A DNA stretch of 64,000 bases from an uncultured delta proteobacterium. GTDB taxonomy: Bacteria > Desulfobacterota > Desulfobacteria > Desulfobacterales > QNYZ01. The translations under genes and the position numbers were made by a program. The DNA lies in assembly GCA_963845145.1 (NCBI GenBank), contig CAWJQU010000005.1:192001-256000 (forward strand), in the 5' to 3' direction. The notes below the pieces were generated by a model. The model searched no databases. It was not told the DNA's origin and worked only from the letters and a program-made list of their open reading frames with translations. Shown in pieces: positions 21,053 to 30,974 of the stretch (positions are counted from its first letter, which is position 1; every line of letters begins with the position of its first letter).

Positions 21053-21721
21053 TTAAAGCCTGGTAGCTGTCACTGTCATCCGCCTTTCCATATAATTCGA
21101 CAAATTAATTAGCGGATAACAAATCGTGAAGTATAAAAGGCCAACCAGGCCGAAAACCATTAAACCTTCGGGGATCCGCTGCACTGTCAGCCAGCCGACC
21201 CTGGTAACATCAACCACGCCGATCGCAGAGACCACGGATGAATCTTTTATGATAAGAACATATTGTCCCACCAAAGGAGGTATGATGGATCGCATGGCCT
21301 GGGGTAAAATAATATGTCGCAGTTGCTGATAACCGGAAAGCCCGGATGCGGTCGCAGCCTCTCTCTGGCCTTTCGACACAGCCAAGATACCGCCGGCTAC
21401 GATCTCACAGATAAAGCTGGCACCCATATTGCTCAAGGCGATAACCGCAGCCGGAAATGCTTCCAGTTCTATACCGGCGCTCGGCAGGATAAAAAAGATA
21501 ATGAATACCTGGACCAGAAAGGGTGTTCCACGAATGAGGTCCACCCACGCGCCGATAATGGATCGTAAAATTTTGTTCCCGCTGGCCCTCGCGATCCCTA
21601 ATATGAAGCCGACAATGGTCGCTGCGATCAAGCCCAGGCCGGCAACCGCAACGGTCATCCAGAGCCCCTTGATAAAAAAGGGCAAGCTGTGCATCAGTTC
21701 ATTAAAATAGAAACTCCACAT
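21053..21721 (-). CDS. Polar amino-acid ABC permease
   Basis: RGTPFLVQ, GQREAA, IKDSS. Confidence 0.9.
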   Translation of the reverse strand: MWSFYFNELMHSLPFFIKGLWMTVAVAGLGLIAATIVGFILGIARASGNKILRSIIGAWVDLIRGTPFLVQVFIIFFILPSAGIELEAFPAAVIALSNMGASFICEIVAGGILAVSKGQREAATASGLSGYQQLRHIILPQAMRSIIPPLVGQYVLIIKDSSVVSAIGVVDVTRVGWLTVQRIPEGLMVFGLVGLLYFTICYPLINLSNYMERRMTVTATRL

Positions 21722-21738
21722 ATCTTATTCCTCTATCA

Positions 21739-22407
21739 TCAATGGGCTTCCCGGAAGATCAGCCGTTTTTCAGACCAATTCGAGAAGGCTTTGAGTAGGT
21801 AGTAAATAAGTAGATAAAAAACCGCGGTGGTCAGGAACCCTTCGGTGGGCATGAATCGATCCGATGTCAGCAACTGGCCTGCCCGTGTCAGTTCCATAAT
21901 CGAAATCAGCGAGAGCAAAGACGAGTCTTTAACCAAAACAATCGCTTGCCCCAGCATCGGCCGAATCGTCATTCCAAGCGCCTGAGGCAGGATGATATAG
22001 CGCATGCGCTGGAAATAGTTCAAACCGGAAGCGATCCCGGCTTCGATCTGACCGTAGGCAATGGCTTGAATACCCGCCCTGATGATCTCGGCATAATAGG
22101 CCCCACTGTTCAAGGTCAGGGCAATAACACCGGTAACCCATTCCGGAAGCATGATACCCAAAGATGGAAGACCGAAATAGAAGAAATAGAGCTGCACCAA
22201 CAAAGGTGTGGAACGGATGCTTTCGATATAAATACCGGCCGTTCTGGAAATGGCCCGAGATTGACTCAATCGCATGGAGCAGGCAATGATTCCCACCAGG
22301 ATAGCTCCAATCAGTGACAAGGCGGACAGCCAAAGGGTGGCCAGGAAGCACTGCATATAGAGCGGCATGTATTCCAAGATGACCCTAAAATTGAAGGCTT
22401 CAAGCAT
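21739..22407 (-). CDS. Polar amino-acid ABC permease
   Basis: RSTPLLVQ, AEIIRAG, GQIEA, VKDSSL. Confidence 0.9.
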   Translation of the reverse strand: MLEAFNFRVILEYMPLYMQCFLATLWLSALSLIGAILVGIIACSMRLSQSRAISRTAGIYIESIRSTPLLVQLYFFYFGLPSLGIMLPEWVTGVIALTLNSGAYYAEIIRAGIQAIAYGQIEAGIASGLNYFQRMRYIILPQALGMTIRPMLGQAIVLVKDSSLLSLISIMELTRAGQLLTSDRFMPTEGFLTTAVFYLLIYYLLKAFSNWSEKRLIFREAH

Positions 22408-22515
22408 AATGATTACCTGTCATGTTTTATGCTTTGGGTTTGACTCGGCGGGGTGCGAACCGAGATAGCCGGATCGCACCAGACAAAATGTCATCCGCCC
22501 GAAAAGCAAAGTTGT

Positions 22516-23313
22516 TTAATGATCTTTCTTCCAATCCAGAGAATTAACCCAGTAGTGCAAGTTGTTCTCCAACCGACCGTCCAGGTTTATATGCAGAAAG
22601 AAGAGATTGAGCCAGTCGCGTAAATCCGGAGAGTCATAACGCACGGCAAAGGCCAGCGGAGATTTGGACAACTGTCCATCCAGAATCCGGAGGCTATCGG
22701 GCGGGAAAGAGGCAGCCTGGCCGCGAACAGCCGACCCGTCATTCACCCCTGCATCGGTATGGCCTGCAATCACCGCATTGATCAGAATCGGTCCGCCGCC
22801 TTTATAAGTCTTCAGTTGGGCTTCGGGAAATGCTTTTTTGGCATCGTTTTCACCGGTCGAGCCTAACAACACAGCCAGCTTGGTCCCTGCTTTCCGAACA
22901 TCTTCGAGGGATTTGATGGGGCTGTCCTGCTTCACGAATAGCACGCTACCCGTGTACATATAAGGATCAACAAAAGAGATTTTCATGGCCCTTTTCAGTG
23001 TCGGGGTCATATCGGCCGCAAGCATATCGGCCTTCCCTGAGAGCAGGGCGGGAATGAGACCATCCCAGTCATAGTTGAGAAATTTAATCTTTACGCCCAT
23101 TTCCTCGGCGATCATCTTACAAAGTTCAATCGAACTACCCGTCCTCTCGCCATTTCTATCTACAAAACTGAAAGGTGCACCCTGGGTTTGACAGGCAATA
23201 CGTAGTTCGCCTCTTTTTGCAATTTCGTCTAACGTTCCCGCTGAGGCGATTCCCCAAAAACCGAAAATTAAAGCCAATGCCAGAAGAACCGAAAATAATT
23301 TAGACGTTTTCAT
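22516..23313 (-). CDS. Polar amino-acid ABC substrate-binding protein (family 3)
   Basis: Signal peptide; WDGLIPALLSGKADM. Confidence 0.9.
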   Translation of the reverse strand: MKTSKLFSVLLALALIFGFWGIASAGTLDEIAKRGELRIACQTQGAPFSFVDRNGERTGSSIELCKMIAEEMGVKIKFLNYDWDGLIPALLSGKADMLAADMTPTLKRAMKISFVDPYMYTGSVLFVKQDSPIKSLEDVRKAGTKLAVLLGSTGENDAKKAFPEAQLKTYKGGGPILINAVIAGHTDAGVNDGSAVRGQAASFPPDSLRILDGQLSKSPLAFAVRYDSPDLRDWLNLFFLHINLDGRLENNLHYWVNSLDWKKDH

Positions 23314-23473
23314 TTTTTTCTCCCTTTTCCTTTTGTTCCCAGTAATTAGACATTTCCTTGTTAATCCTCGATAACAACGAAATATCACCCCTTCATACTT
23401 TCACACGTGCCCCCTTTTTACGGCGTTTTAAAAGGACGAAAATCGATATGGATGTATCCTCTATATTTCACGC

Positions 23474-23950
23474 TTATATCTTTCCCACGCCTTTAGGCAG
23501 GCATAACCAGTTTTGTCTGGATTTCATAATGATAAATGTTTCGCTTCTAACAATATTGCCGATTTTTAAAATGGTTTCAGTGGTAAATTGATATAATTCG
23601 TCTTTTCCTCCCACGCAAACAATCTCTGCGACGATATCGTAGCGTCCGGCAACCACCCCAGCCCATGCGACATTGGGAAGCTGGGATATTTTATCCATGA
23701 TTTGATCCATCTGCCCTTTTGACTGGACGTTCATGGCGACGATAGCCGTTATCATGTCTTGGTGCTGGTTGGGATCGACAAGGCCGGATACTTTGAATAG
23801 CCCTTTTTCCCCGAGGTTTTTTATCCTGCTTCGAATAGTCGGTGCTGTAACATTGAGCTTTTTTGCCATTTCACCAATCGGCATTCGCCCATCCTCTGTT
23901 AGCAGGTCAATAACCTCGTTATCCAATTCGTCAAGAACGGTCTTATCCAA
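23474..23950 (-). CDS. Lrp/AsnC transcriptional regulator
   Basis: LDELDNEVIDLLTEDGRMP HTH; GRYD. Confidence 0.88.
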   Translation of the reverse strand: MDKTVLDELDNEVIDLLTEDGRMPIGEMAKKLNVTAPTIRSRIKNLGEKGLFKVSGLVDPNQHQDMITAIVAMNVQSKGQMDQIMDKISQLPNVAWAGVVAGRYDIVAEIVCVGGKDELYQFTTETILKIGNIVRSETFIIMKSRQNWLCLPKGVGKI

Positions 23951-24191
23951 GATAATTCCTTAGCCCGTATTTATTTATTAGAAATAATTTACTGTTTAAT
24001 TTATTTGAATAGAAAATGTCAAGAAAAAATATTTTTGGAATAGAAATTATATTCACACAATTTTTTGCATATTATACCGCTCAGTTCATCCACAAAATTC
24101 TTACGCACTAAACCCCGGCGTTGCATCATAATTTGTCCCAAAACCGTTATACTCGAACAATCTTAAACCTATGGCGGATTATGCGGACACC

Positions 24192-24335
24192 TGAGCCATT
24201 TTCAAAACGTTTCAGTTTGTTCAAGGTCAAGGATGGCGAAAATTTTAAACAGAGGAATACATTGGGTATTTCGAGGATTAAAATTTGAGCCAGACGCAGA
24301 GATTGGGCAAACTGGGACGTTTTGAAATTGGCTCA
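24192..24335. mobile_element. MITE-like element, ~144 bp
   Basis: 19-bp TIRs TGAGCCATTTTCAAAACGT / ACGTTTTGAAATTGGCTCA (1 mismatch); core shared with 26262-26418. Confidence 0.7.
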
Positions 24336-24337
24336 CC

Positions 24338-25378
24338 TTACAAAAGTTCTTCAAACTGACCGGCAATGGGAAAAAGGCCGAATACCCCACCCGTGTGAAT
24401 GAAGACAATGCGGTCACCAAATTTTTCAGGATTCTTCTTAAGTTCGCTGATCATTCCAAAATAAGCCTTACCGGTGTACACTGGGTCCAGCACGACACCT
24501 TCTAGTTCCACGAGATCCATGATAGCGGCCAGCTCTTTTGGCTGCGATATCGCGTAACCTCGCCCCACATATCCATCTAAAATATCGTAGGCCGGAATTC
24601 CACCCGGAATTCCACCCGGAATTCCATCAGGTTTGTCCGTTGGCCAAGTCTCATTAAATTGACGACAGATGGTATCGATGATGGATACAAAATAGTCCCG
24701 ATCATCGCATACATTCACGCCCACAACCCGTATGTTGGCATTACACATTCCGGCGCCCATTGCCAATCCTGCGGTGGTACCCCCGGAACCGGTGGCGCAA
24801 ACCACGGTGGTGGGCTTTACATCGCTGCCATCCAGCAGTTTTAAGTCTGCCGCCAACTCCTCCATTGCGGCCACGTAACCCCACGCCCCCAGAGGTGTCG
24901 AACCGCCTTCAGGTATGATGTAGGGGTTACCCCCCTCGCTAAGCAATCTTTGGGCCTCCCTATCGAATATCTCATCCCGAGCCTTGTACTGCTCCGGCGT
25001 AATCCAGATGATCTGCGCTCCGGCCAGACGGTCCAATAAAATGTTCCCTGAGAGAGACGGCGGATTGGCAGGATCCTGCGTGCGCAACAACAAAAGCGAC
25101 GAGAGTCCCGCCCTTACCGCCGCTAAAGCCGTAGCGCGGCAGTGGTTTGATTGAGCGCCACCGCATGTGATCACCGTGCGGGCCCCTTTCGCCTTTGCAT
25201 CGGCTAAGATAAATTCCAGTTTGCGAACCTTGTTCCCGGAGAGTTCGCTACCGGTAAAATCGTCGCGTTTGAAAAAAATCTCCACCCCGAACCGCTGACT
25301 GAGTTTCTCCATTTTTTGGAGTGGCGTCGGTGTGTTTGCCAGGTGGATGCGGGGAGGATAGGAATCTATCTTAGTCAT
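24338..25378 (-). CDS. D-cysteine desulfhydrase / ACC deaminase family PLP enzyme
   Basis: KRDD..SGNKVRKLEF, QSNHCR, GSGGT, LDPVYTGKA, HTGG. Confidence 0.9.
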   Translation of the reverse strand: MTKIDSYPPRIHLANTPTPLQKMEKLSQRFGVEIFFKRDDFTGSELSGNKVRKLEFILADAKAKGARTVITCGGAQSNHCRATALAAVRAGLSSLLLLRTQDPANPPSLSGNILLDRLAGAQIIWITPEQYKARDEIFDREAQRLLSEGGNPYIIPEGGSTPLGAWGYVAAMEELAADLKLLDGSDVKPTTVVCATGSGGTTAGLAMGAGMCNANIRVVGVNVCDDRDYFVSIIDTICRQFNETWPTDKPDGIPGGIPGGIPAYDILDGYVGRGYAISQPKELAAIMDLVELEGVVLDPVYTGKAYFGMISELKKNPEKFGDRIVFIHTGGVFGLFPIAGQFEELL

Positions 25379-25705
25379 GCTTATACTCCTTAAAGTAGAG
25401 TAGGTTGAGGTATGATTCGTAAAGTGGTAAAAATGATTTACCCTTATCTACATCAAATAGATGAACAAAAACAAGAAAACGTTGGTCTTTCTGCGCAACT
25501 CCGGCAGGTTCGATTATAAATACGTGGCGGATTGAGGATGACAACAAAGTTAATTATAAAACTATTGCAATTCCACAATTACAGCTTATCTTTATCCGTC
25601 ACCCCGTCGGGTCCCGGCGGGGTGACCTGTTTTTAGGGATTAACCCTAACGTTGTGTCGCGCAGAAGAGAAGCCGGCGAAGGAAAAATGACAAGGAGAAA
25701 ATATC

Positions 25706-26263
25706 ATGACGGATTGTTCTAAAATTACACTCTACAGTGGCGGGCACAAGGGTACCGAATCCGAATTCGGCAAACTGGCCGAACAGTGGGGCATCAATGA
25801 GGTTAACTTTTCATTCGAGGGGCATGGGGTTGAGAGAACCCGCGGAGTCCGATTGTTAAATCATGAAGAGCTCGACAAAGGGAATGTCAGTATGGAGATT
25901 GTCTCCGCCCGAATGGGCCGGAGCTTTTCAAAAACCGACAAGATTCGCAAGGTCATCCAATCTATTTTCCACATGGTCAACAATGGCCATCATGTCCTTG
26001 CAGTGGGTTGGATTCAGTCGGATGATACCGTCAAGGGCGGAACCGGATGGGGCGTTGAGCTGGCCAAACTATTTAACCGTCCTTTGAGCGTGTACGACCA
26101 GGAAAAAAAGGGTTGGTTTGGTTGGCAGGACAATAAATGGGTGGCCCAAACGCCGGTGATCAAAGAGGACACCTTTGTGGGGACCGGAACCCGGTATCTC
26201 TCCGATGAAGGTCGCCAGGCGATCCGTGATCTGTTCGAAAACTCATTCGGCCCGGCCGATTAA
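25706..26263 (+). CDS. Conserved hypothetical protein (DprA/SLOG-like fold possible)
   Basis: SGGHKG and KGGTGW motifs; RBS AAGGAG. Confidence 0.6.
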   Translation: MTDCSKITLYSGGHKGTESEFGKLAEQWGINEVNFSFEGHGVERTRGVRLLNHEELDKGNVSMEIVSARMGRSFSKTDKIRKVIQSIFHMVNNGHHVLAVGWIQSDDTVKGGTGWGVELAKLFNRPLSVYDQEKKGWFGWQDNKWVAQTPVIKEDTFVGTGTRYLSDEGRQAIRDLFENSFGPAD

Positions 26264-26418
26264 CCCATCTTAAAAAAATCTTTTGGTCCAAACTCGGTGT
26301 TGGGCGTTCGTATCAAATCCTCGAAATACCTTGGGTATTTCGAGGATTAATATTTGAGCCGGACGTAGAGACCAGATCTATAGATTGGACAAAATGTGAC
26401 GTTTTTTAATTGGTTCTA
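26262..26418. repeat. Degenerate copy of the 24.2-kb MITE family
   Basis: Shares TGGGTATTTCGAGGATTAA.ATTTGAGCC.GACG and GACGTTTT..AATTGG.TC; internal palindrome ATCCTCGAAATACC/GGTATTTCGAGGAT. Confidence 0.65.
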
Positions 26419-26838
26419 AAGACCAAACCATCCCTTGAACAAGCTGGACAGTTCACGGTTGTCCTCATTACTCAGGCAAGTGGCATATACGCCGATGCGG
26501 ATTGATATGGTAGTATCGTTGCCCCATGGCCACCATGCACACAAAACAATGTCATCTTCGTCCGGATCAGAAGTAAAAAGCAGTTGGCGTGGTCCAATCC
26601 CCTCAAAATAGGCGATGACCAACCGCACGATTTCAGGAGACTCTTCGGCATTTTTATCATCCCAGATGCTCCCCATAATACTTTTGAGATTCGCATGTAC
26701 CTGGTCTTTATCTTTGACATCAAACTCTGCCAAAACCGTTTCAAATCGATCATCCCATTTCCAGGTCAACTCATTTTTAAACATTTCAACCAAATCCCGG
26801 CACTGTTTTTCAAGCCTTGACGAATCGTAATTTAACAT
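26416..26838 (-). CDS. Hypothetical protein
   Basis: 140-aa ORF with AGGAG RBS; WWPWG motif. Confidence 0.65.
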   Translation of the reverse strand: MLNYDSSRLEKQCRDLVEMFKNELTWKWDDRFETVLAEFDVKDKDQVHANLKSIMGSIWDDKNAEESPEIVRLVIAYFEGIGPRQLLFTSDPDEDDIVLCAWWPWGNDTTISIRIGVYATCLSNEDNRELSSLFKGWFGL

Positions 26839-27085
26839 CTTGCGTGATCTCCTTTTGTCTTTCAGATCTTAGGTGATGCAATCTATTAGATATTGATGAC
26901 AAATCATCCAAACATGGTTGTCTTGAATTGCACAAATTTCAATAATATTTTCATATAGGCAAAGATTATTTACATCCTTTTTGCTTATGGGCGAATAAAT
27001 AAAACCGGTCTCATTTAAAAATTATTGAGAAAAGGACACAGTCCTGTCTCCTAAATAATTGCTGGTTTGAATGTTAATCGATTTC

Positions 27086-27841
27086 TTAAAAGTCGATAAT
27101 TTTATTTTCCAAGGCGATTACCACAGCATGGGTGCGGTTCATGGCATTCAATTTTTGACGGATATTATTGGCGTGATAATTAACGGTTCTCTGACTGATT
27201 TGTAAAATCCGAGATATTTCGTAATTTCCTTTTCCCTCCTTTAGCCATTTTAAGACTTCCAACTCTCTGGCTGTAAGCCGATAATGAATGCCCGGCTTTT
27301 TATTGTCCAGAATGCGGCTCCACTTTTCACATAGAAACGGCACGACTTGTCGAATAATCATTCGTGTTCGAGGCGTGTTATTCATTTGCTTGCCGGCAAA
27401 ATAATAGGCAACCATATGATCTTTATTAAAATCAGGAATTCCATGAGTAAAGCCTTCCTTTAGACCACAGTCCTCCGCTTCCTGGTAAACAATATTTTTA
27501 TGGTTGTTAAAATGTCGCTTATGGACATCAGACCAATATTGAATTTTTTGTGTTGTTGCCAGTTCAATGGCCATGGGATCAATACGGTGGTACCCTCTAT
27601 CCAAATATCGCTTTAGATATATTTCCGGGTAAGAAATATTTTTTATATCATAAGTCGCTTTTGGAGTCGTAAAGGCTATCTTGATATTAGCCCTGGCACA
27701 TGTGGAAAACTCAAAAGGAATTAATTTCCTGAATTTTAATACATGAGCTTTCAGTTCATCCTCATTTTTACAGCCGAGCGTGCCGTAAATATATTCAAGT
27801 AGATCCAGTGTGTCTTTTTTAGATAGAATTTTCACCGACAT
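27086..27841 (-). CDS. LuxR-family regulator with autoinducer-binding domain
   Basis: Y..RY...DP...W...G autoinducer-binding pattern plus LTARELEVLKW...GK HTH. Confidence 0.88.
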   Translation of the reverse strand: MSVKILSKKDTLDLLEYIYGTLGCKNEDELKAHVLKFRKLIPFEFSTCARANIKIAFTTPKATYDIKNISYPEIYLKRYLDRGYHRIDPMAIELATTQKIQYWSDVHKRHFNNHKNIVYQEAEDCGLKEGFTHGIPDFNKDHMVAYYFAGKQMNNTPRTRMIIRQVVPFLCEKWSRILDNKKPGIHYRLTARELEVLKWLKEGKGNYEISRILQISQRTVNYHANNIRQKLNAMNRTHAVVIALENKIIDF

Positions 27842-27849
27842 AAGCCTGA

Positions 27850-28668
27850 TTACCAATCAATGAGTTTCTTTTCCAGGGCAATAGCTACTGCATGAGTTCG
27901 ATTTCCGGCGTTAAGTTTTTCGCGGATGTTATTTGCATGGAAATTGACTGTCCGTTCAGAAATATTCAGGATTCTTGATATTTCGTAATTTCCTTTTCCC
28001 TCCTTAAGCCATTTCAATACCTCCAACTCTCTGTGTGTTAGTATTATTCGATTGTCGGCATTAAGGTGGTTAACTGGTGTGGTTATTCGCGTCATTGCGT
28101 GTGACAGGTGAGGGATTGTATACTTTAGAATCAAACGGGTGCGATTGTTGTTTTCAATACGTTGACCGGAAAAGCTGAAAAAATACTGAAAATCGTTTAT
28201 AGGACTACGTATGCCATAGGCAAAGCCATCATTCCTGCCAAAGGACTCAAGATCGAGCTGTAAGACCCGCTTAACCTCATCAGACATTGAGGATCTTTCA
28301 TATGCTTCCTGCCAATTCGTAACTTTTTGGGTCGTTTGATATTCAATTGCGACAGGGTCGGCCAAATATAATCCTTTCCCAAAATAATCTATAAGGAATT
28401 CATTGGAATCTCGAAAATTGAACCACTCAAGAGGATTGTGGGCTGGGTTACCATATCCTCCAAAAGCGTACTCGAATGGGAAAACATGGTCTAGTTCAAG
28501 GGTTGTTTTAATTAACCCTTCTTCAGAATGGCACATCGCCGCCTGATAGCATACTTCCAATAATTTCAAGATATCTCGTTTGGAAATGATGTTTATGAGT
28601 TTTCTGCAGTGGATCATGATCGAATGAACCGCCAGGAAAGAGTCGACTGCCATTTTTATATCAGACAC
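27850..28668 (-). CDS. LuxR-family regulator with autoinducer-binding domain (start uncertain)
   Basis: DYF...DPV...W...DGF plus LTHRELEVLKW HTH. Confidence 0.85.
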   Translation of the reverse strand: MSDIKMAVDSFLAVHSIMIHCRKLINIISKRDILKLLEVCYQAAMCHSEEGLIKTTLELDHVFPFEYAFGGYGNPAHNPLEWFNFRDSNEFLIDYFGKGLYLADPVAIEYQTTQKVTNWQEAYERSSMSDEVKRVLQLDLESFGRNDGFAYGIRSPINDFQYFFSFSGQRIENNNRTRLILKYTIPHLSHAMTRITTPVNHLNADNRIILTHRELEVLKWLKEGKGNYEISRILNISERTVNFHANNIREKLNAGNRTHAVAIALEKKLIDW

Positions 28669-28678
28669 CTAAGAAACG

Positions 28679-28698
28679 CACTGTCATTTCTGACAGGT
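28679..28698. promoter_or_regulatory. lux-box-like operator
   Basis: CACTGTCATTTCTGACAGGT (CTGTCA-N4-TGACAG palindrome; CTG-N10-CAG lux-box form). Confidence 0.65.
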
Positions 28699-28872
28699 TA
28701 CAAGGTATTCCAAATTTGATATTTAAGTCAAGCGTTTAGGTTAATTTAAATGTTAACCTATTATAATGTACAGGAATAATTTGAGGACAAAGATTTCTAC
28801 ATATTTAACTTTCAAAGTTGTGCTTCATGCAATGGAAATGAAATTTACCAATTACACTGATGGGAGGTAGAA

Positions 28873-29199
28873 ATGACACTTACTGATGAAGATAGAAGAA
28901 AAATTGTAGAAGAAGAAAAATTGAAGAAACAAATGCAAGGCAAAAATGTAATCGTCGCCGTCATTCTTTCGGTAATTATTCCAGGTTTGGGCGACCTATA
29001 TTGTGGCAGTTGGATAAAAGCATTCATTTTTTTTGCTCTTTATGCACTATCGTTAATTCTATTACTTGCCATGGGTATAGGTATTTTTCTCCTAGTCCCC
29101 GTGTGGGTGTGTGGGTTAATATCTGCTTGGCTATCTGCAAATAAATCAGAAAAAAGAAAAATAAAAAAAGTTAAGAAGGCCTTGCCGATGGAGAGCTAG
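28873..29199 (+). CDS. Small membrane protein (TM2-like)
   Basis: AVILSVIIPGLGDLYCG motif; RBS GGAGG. Confidence 0.7.
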   Translation: MTLTDEDRRKIVEEEKLKKQMQGKNVIVAVILSVIIPGLGDLYCGSWIKAFIFFALYALSLILLLAMGIGIFLLVPVWVCGLISAWLSANKSEKRKIKKVKKALPMES

Positions 29200-29320
29200 G
29201 TTTATTTTTATGAAGACAGATCGCGAAAAGTCGAAACACTCAATGGTAGGAAAAATCTTTCAAAATTTTAAATTATCTTAGCAATATACAATATCACATT
29301 TCATAATCGTAGGAGGAAAG

Positions 29321-29587
29321 ATGGATAAGCTGTTATTTTGTTTACTGATGATAATGTTCTCAGAAATTTTCGTCGCATGTGCTACAACATCAAATATATC
29401 ACAGCTCTCAGGCAACCAATATCATATAGATGTACAGGCTGGCATTCCTGGGATCCGAACAGAAATGACCAAAAAATTTATAGAAACCGCCAGAGGGCAT
29501 TGTTTAAATTTTAATATAATTTCTCAACAATATGTTCCAAATCCAAATGGAACAGATCATTTGATCGGTGTTATTGAATGTAATTAA
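29321..29587 (+). CDS. Hypothetical small lipoprotein
   Basis: FVAC lipobox; RBS AGGAGG. Confidence 0.65.
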   Translation: MDKLLFCLLMIMFSEIFVACATTSNISQLSGNQYHIDVQAGIPGIRTEMTKKFIETARGHCLNFNIISQQYVPNPNGTDHLIGVIECN

Positions 29588-29635
29588 ATTGTCGAATCGT
29601 TTTGACTCTTAGTTTTTATTATAAGGAGTACCTAA

Positions 29636-30655
29636 ATGAAAGATAATAAAGTTTATTCATCAACTTTACTGTTTCTTCTTACATTATTTATCATTATTCA
29701 GGGTTGTGTAGCGACAAATCAGGCCGTAAAAGAGAGAACCATTAATTACAGTATTGATAAACCTGAACCTACCGTTGCCTCGTATGAAGCTTTTGGAAAT
29801 TATTGGGGTAAAAAACATTTGGAACAAAATATTCGTCCAGGATGTCTGGAAGGACCTTGTTTAAAATCTTGTTGCATTGACATAACGGCGACACTCGGCT
29901 GTTTTGATAAAGAATTCATAAAAACTTTGATAGATAAAGAGCGCCTTAATTTTTTCTGGGTACATTCTGATTTAAAAGACGCATTCAAGAAAGGGTATCG
30001 TTTCGGTTTTCAGGACAGAACCGCTGATCTGGTTTTAGGCCCGCACCTAACGGTGGCCGCGGCCTGTATCGGCAATGCAATTTCGGCTAAGTTCGTTAAT
30101 GTGATAGAAATATTTGAAACGGGCTGGGCTGAGACTCTTAAAAGAGCAATTGATATATTCATCGTTTTGATATCGGAAGGCTCACAAGCTGATCGCGAAA
30201 ACTTTATACGAGAATTCACCTCAATCTATGCAAATAAGTATAATAAAAACCAAGATAAGATCCGAGCTGGGGGGTTTTTAACTAAAAAGTCTGAAGGCGG
30301 TACCGTCCTTTATATTGATGCGCGTAAAACGCTAACCGTTCTCAACATACCAACTCCACCCACTCTTAAAGCAGAAATTTATTTGCAAGCTTTTCGGGTA
30401 ATGGGTGATGAATGGGGAAAACGATTAAGCCACAACCTAATTAAGAGAAGCGAATTGATCGATTTATTGAGAAGAAGTAAAACTGCTCTGCAAGAAGTAC
30501 CAGAGAATAAAAAACCGATAGACAGATTGAAAGAAAATATGGGAATCATATACGGTGCTTTTATCAGCAGTTACGGAACAGATGCTAGTGGTGTCTTTTT
30601 GTCTATAATAAAAGAGGCTGGGTATAAAAATAATTTTACTCCTATCGATAAATAA
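29636..30655 (+). CDS. Hypothetical lipoprotein
   Basis: IQGC lipobox; RBS AAGGAG; 339 aa. Confidence 0.7.
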   Translation: MKDNKVYSSTLLFLLTLFIIIQGCVATNQAVKERTINYSIDKPEPTVASYEAFGNYWGKKHLEQNIRPGCLEGPCLKSCCIDITATLGCFDKEFIKTLIDKERLNFFWVHSDLKDAFKKGYRFGFQDRTADLVLGPHLTVAAACIGNAISAKFVNVIEIFETGWAETLKRAIDIFIVLISEGSQADRENFIREFTSIYANKYNKNQDKIRAGGFLTKKSEGGTVLYIDARKTLTVLNIPTPPTLKAEIYLQAFRVMGDEWGKRLSHNLIKRSELIDLLRRSKTALQEVPENKKPIDRLKENMGIIYGAFISSYGTDASGVFLSIIKEAGYKNNFTPIDK

Positions 30656-30974
30656 ATCTTCACTTAGCAAATTTAGATTTATTCGCTGGGAAAAGGTGAC
30701 AATAGCAATCAAATTACGTAGAATTGAAATGCATGCTTAATATCAAAAAATAAAAACTAATAGGCTCATAAAAAGCTAAAGAGCCATATTCAGCTAATTT
30801 GGTAATTTTGGTTGAGATTTTACCATAATTGCAAAGAACTTTTTCATTCGTCCCTCAATTTGCTCTTTTACAATGCTGAGAAGTGCCAAGGGGAGGCTTT
30901 CAAACCTCCCCTTTCCACCGATCCTGCCTGGATTTCGCGATCAACCCGCCTGAATTCCGCGATCAAATTGATCT

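Noticed and set aside
25598..25626. Strong GC hairpin as an ncRNA
   Set aside because: A single stem-loop in a 5' leader with no further supporting structure.
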